Assembly: GCA_965178125.1 (NCBI GenBank)
Contig: OZ237741.1
Span: 124,001-188,000, forward strand
Reading direction: 5' to 3'
From: Bilabrum cf. latius
Lineage: Eukaryota
DNA: 64,000 nucleotides
Below, piece by piece: positions 62,301 through 64,000 of the stretch; the first letter of the stretch is position 1, and each line of letters starts with the position of its first letter. The position numbers and the translations under genes were made by a program. Below the pieces are notes generated by a model that saw nothing but the letters and a program-made list of their open reading frames with translations, was not told where the DNA came from and ran no database searches.

Positions 62301-64000
62301 CGCTGGGCGGGTACTACCCTGGGCATCGATGCAGCCCCACGCTCCGCCAATGCGCTCACCGGCTGGTCCCCCTCGGACTTGGGCCCTGCCACCTGCCCGC
62401 CCCCGTCCCACCACTCGCCCGCCTGTCTCCTCTGCTCTGTCCCAGTGAGGTGCCCCAGCACCCCCGGGGCCACTCCCGCCTCTCTCGCCCGCCTGCCCAC
62501 CTCTTCTCGCAGAGCTCCTTCCAGGCTTACGGCCATGTCGGCGGCCAGCTGCAGCAGATACCCGGGGTGCGAGTCCACTCCCACGGTCACCGGAGGCAAG
62601 TCACCTGCCCCTGCACCGGCACCTGCACCTGACCCTGACCCTGCACCTGCACTCGCCAACTCTTTGTCCTATTCCCCACTCTCTGCTTGCTTCTCCGCCT
62701 GATCTTTCAGATACCGCTCGCTTCCACGCTCTGGCTGTCCAAACTGCACCTCATACCGGTAGATGCAGTCATGGTCGAACAGCCCGCCGACCCCTCGGTC
62801 TGGGTACCCCTGCACGATGGCGCGCAGGACGGCCAGCCGAGCACTGGAGTCCTCTCGGTCCGCTGCCCCGTCCACGAATCCTCGGCCTGTGGCGGTGTCC
62901 TTCCCCGTCAGCGTGTCACCGTTGGTCAGTGTCCTCACGAATGCGAAGCGGCGGCGGGCGTCCCCCTCGGATCCGGGGCCAGAGGCCGCATTCTCGGCCG
63001 ACTGCACCTGCGCTGCCCGTATGACCTCTTGCTCGGTCACGGAGCTCTCCCAGACGGTCTCCAGCGCCTCCAAGTCGGGCGGGATCACCCGTGCTTGTCC
63101 TGGCCGCAGGGGGTGGGGGCCGACAGCTGGGAGGGCACCGGCGGTGGGCCGGCCCTGGTGGATCCGCAGAGAGGAGCGCACGCTTGCCAGCAGCGCGCAC
63201 TGACGGTCCCACCAACGATTGCTCTCCGCGCGAAAGTGAGACACATCGGATCCAGTGGCATCTTCCTGGGCCGGTTCTGCAGCTACCAGTGCCGCGACTA
63301 GTGCCGAGTACTCCTTCATCGTGCGCAGGCGGTACCGAGCTGGAATCACGTTCGACTCCAGCACATAGCACGCGTCAAGATTTTCTAGAGCATCGGGACT
63401 GTCTCTGCACGCAGCCTTCGTACGGCGCATTTGTGGCAGCGATAGCTCTGGAGGCGGTGCTCGATACCCCGACCGCGCAGTCTAAAAGAACAGAAAGTAA
63501 GGGCCCGTGCTCGTCTACCTACACTTGTCAATCTACTCAAGGCACAAATTGATTGTTTGGTGATTCGCAGTGGCTTCATTCCGTATGCCCCAGCGCATGT
63601 CGCACAACAAAACGGTGAGACCCAGCGATCTTGCGGCTCTTGACAGGTAGGGCTCGACTAGCTCCATCATCGCGTGCCGTTCGCTTTTGGTGTCCACAAA
63701 CGTACTCGATGAGAATATTCGTACTACGTTCGTTGTCGGAGACGTAACGTTAGAGGCTCGTTTGCCCGCTAACCACTCTTGCGAAGCGACCGTGGTGTCC
63801 GATGCATCGGGACTGAGACCCGAATCCCGCGCCTATTGGCGCTTTTCTCGCAAGCGCTGACGAGCTTCTTCAATGGCGTGAACCCATAGTGGATCATCAA
63901 TACTATCTGGGATGCGAGCAACTCGCATGCTGCAAAGATATGCGTTGCCCTTCGGGGAAGCTTCCCCTTGTGAAACCGGAAGAACCGTCCGAAACCGCCG
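56360..64000 (-). CDS. DUF4062-NACHT/STAND NTPase-WD40 protein (NWD1/NWD2/TEP1-like), 5' end may lie outside the window; 13 in-frame TAGs
   Basis: 'VRIFSSSTFVDTKSERHAMM..CDMRWGIRNEATANHQTINLCLE*IDKCR*TSTGPYF', 'SSVTEQEV', Walker A 'GPGGTGKS', Walker B 'VLIVDSVDQL', 'LSLDDELLERVYQYHHPPTRRLP', and multiple WD40 repeats (e.g. 'LQGHGYTITGV..VTSSGDASCRLW'). TGA 56360-56362. Confidence 0.85.

Noticed and set aside
1147-64000. Interpreting the interrupted genes as pseudogenes or sequencing errors
   Set aside because: Interruptions are exclusively TAG, with no internal TAA/TGA and no frameshifts other than at canonical introns. They occur on both strands in 15 genes, and catalytic motifs are largely intact.
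1-64000. tRNA (including a CUA-anticodon tRNA) or rRNA genes
   Set aside because: I saw no convincing cloverleaf or rRNA segment by eye; the decoding tRNA presumably lies elsewhere in the genome.

Overview
This window is GC-rich, gene-dense eukaryotic nuclear DNA from a flagellated protist. It has short GT-AG introns, a ribosomal protein eL6 gene and cilium/centriole genes; the style recalls bicosoecid stramenopiles, but that taxonomy is only an inference. The supplied ORF track is badly fragmented because this genome does not appear to use TAG as a stop. Reading through TAG joins the fragments into 17 coherent genes with about 90 in-frame TAGs (manual count). All 17 genes end at TGA (14) or TAA (3). 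TAG sits inside conserved catalytic domains and at positions that are Gln in recalled homologues: TLK 'KRPFGEG*TQEQI' vs 'KRPFGHDQSQERI', CDK20-like 'SP*ARD' vs 'SPQALD', and a GGA-CAG repeat with one GGA-TAG unit. The main finding is therefore a nuclear code with UAG=sense (most likely Gln) while UAA and UGA remain stops. Genes in order: a partial unknown CDS, a CEP350/DUF4378-like giant protein, a GH59 galactocerebrosidase with a ricin insert, a CDK20-like kinase, RPL6 (possible intronic snoRNA), CFAP69, a hidden RGG/MPLKIP-like gene, TLK, a TTC7-like protein, a trefoil/bacterial-domain secreted protein, an AidB-like acyl-CoA dehydrogenase, a GT54 glycosyltransferase, TDP1, an ARF-domain fusion, an ARM-repeat protein, VPS50, and a DUF4062-NACHT-WD40 protein. 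Homologue comparisons are from memory of family motifs; no database searches were run.
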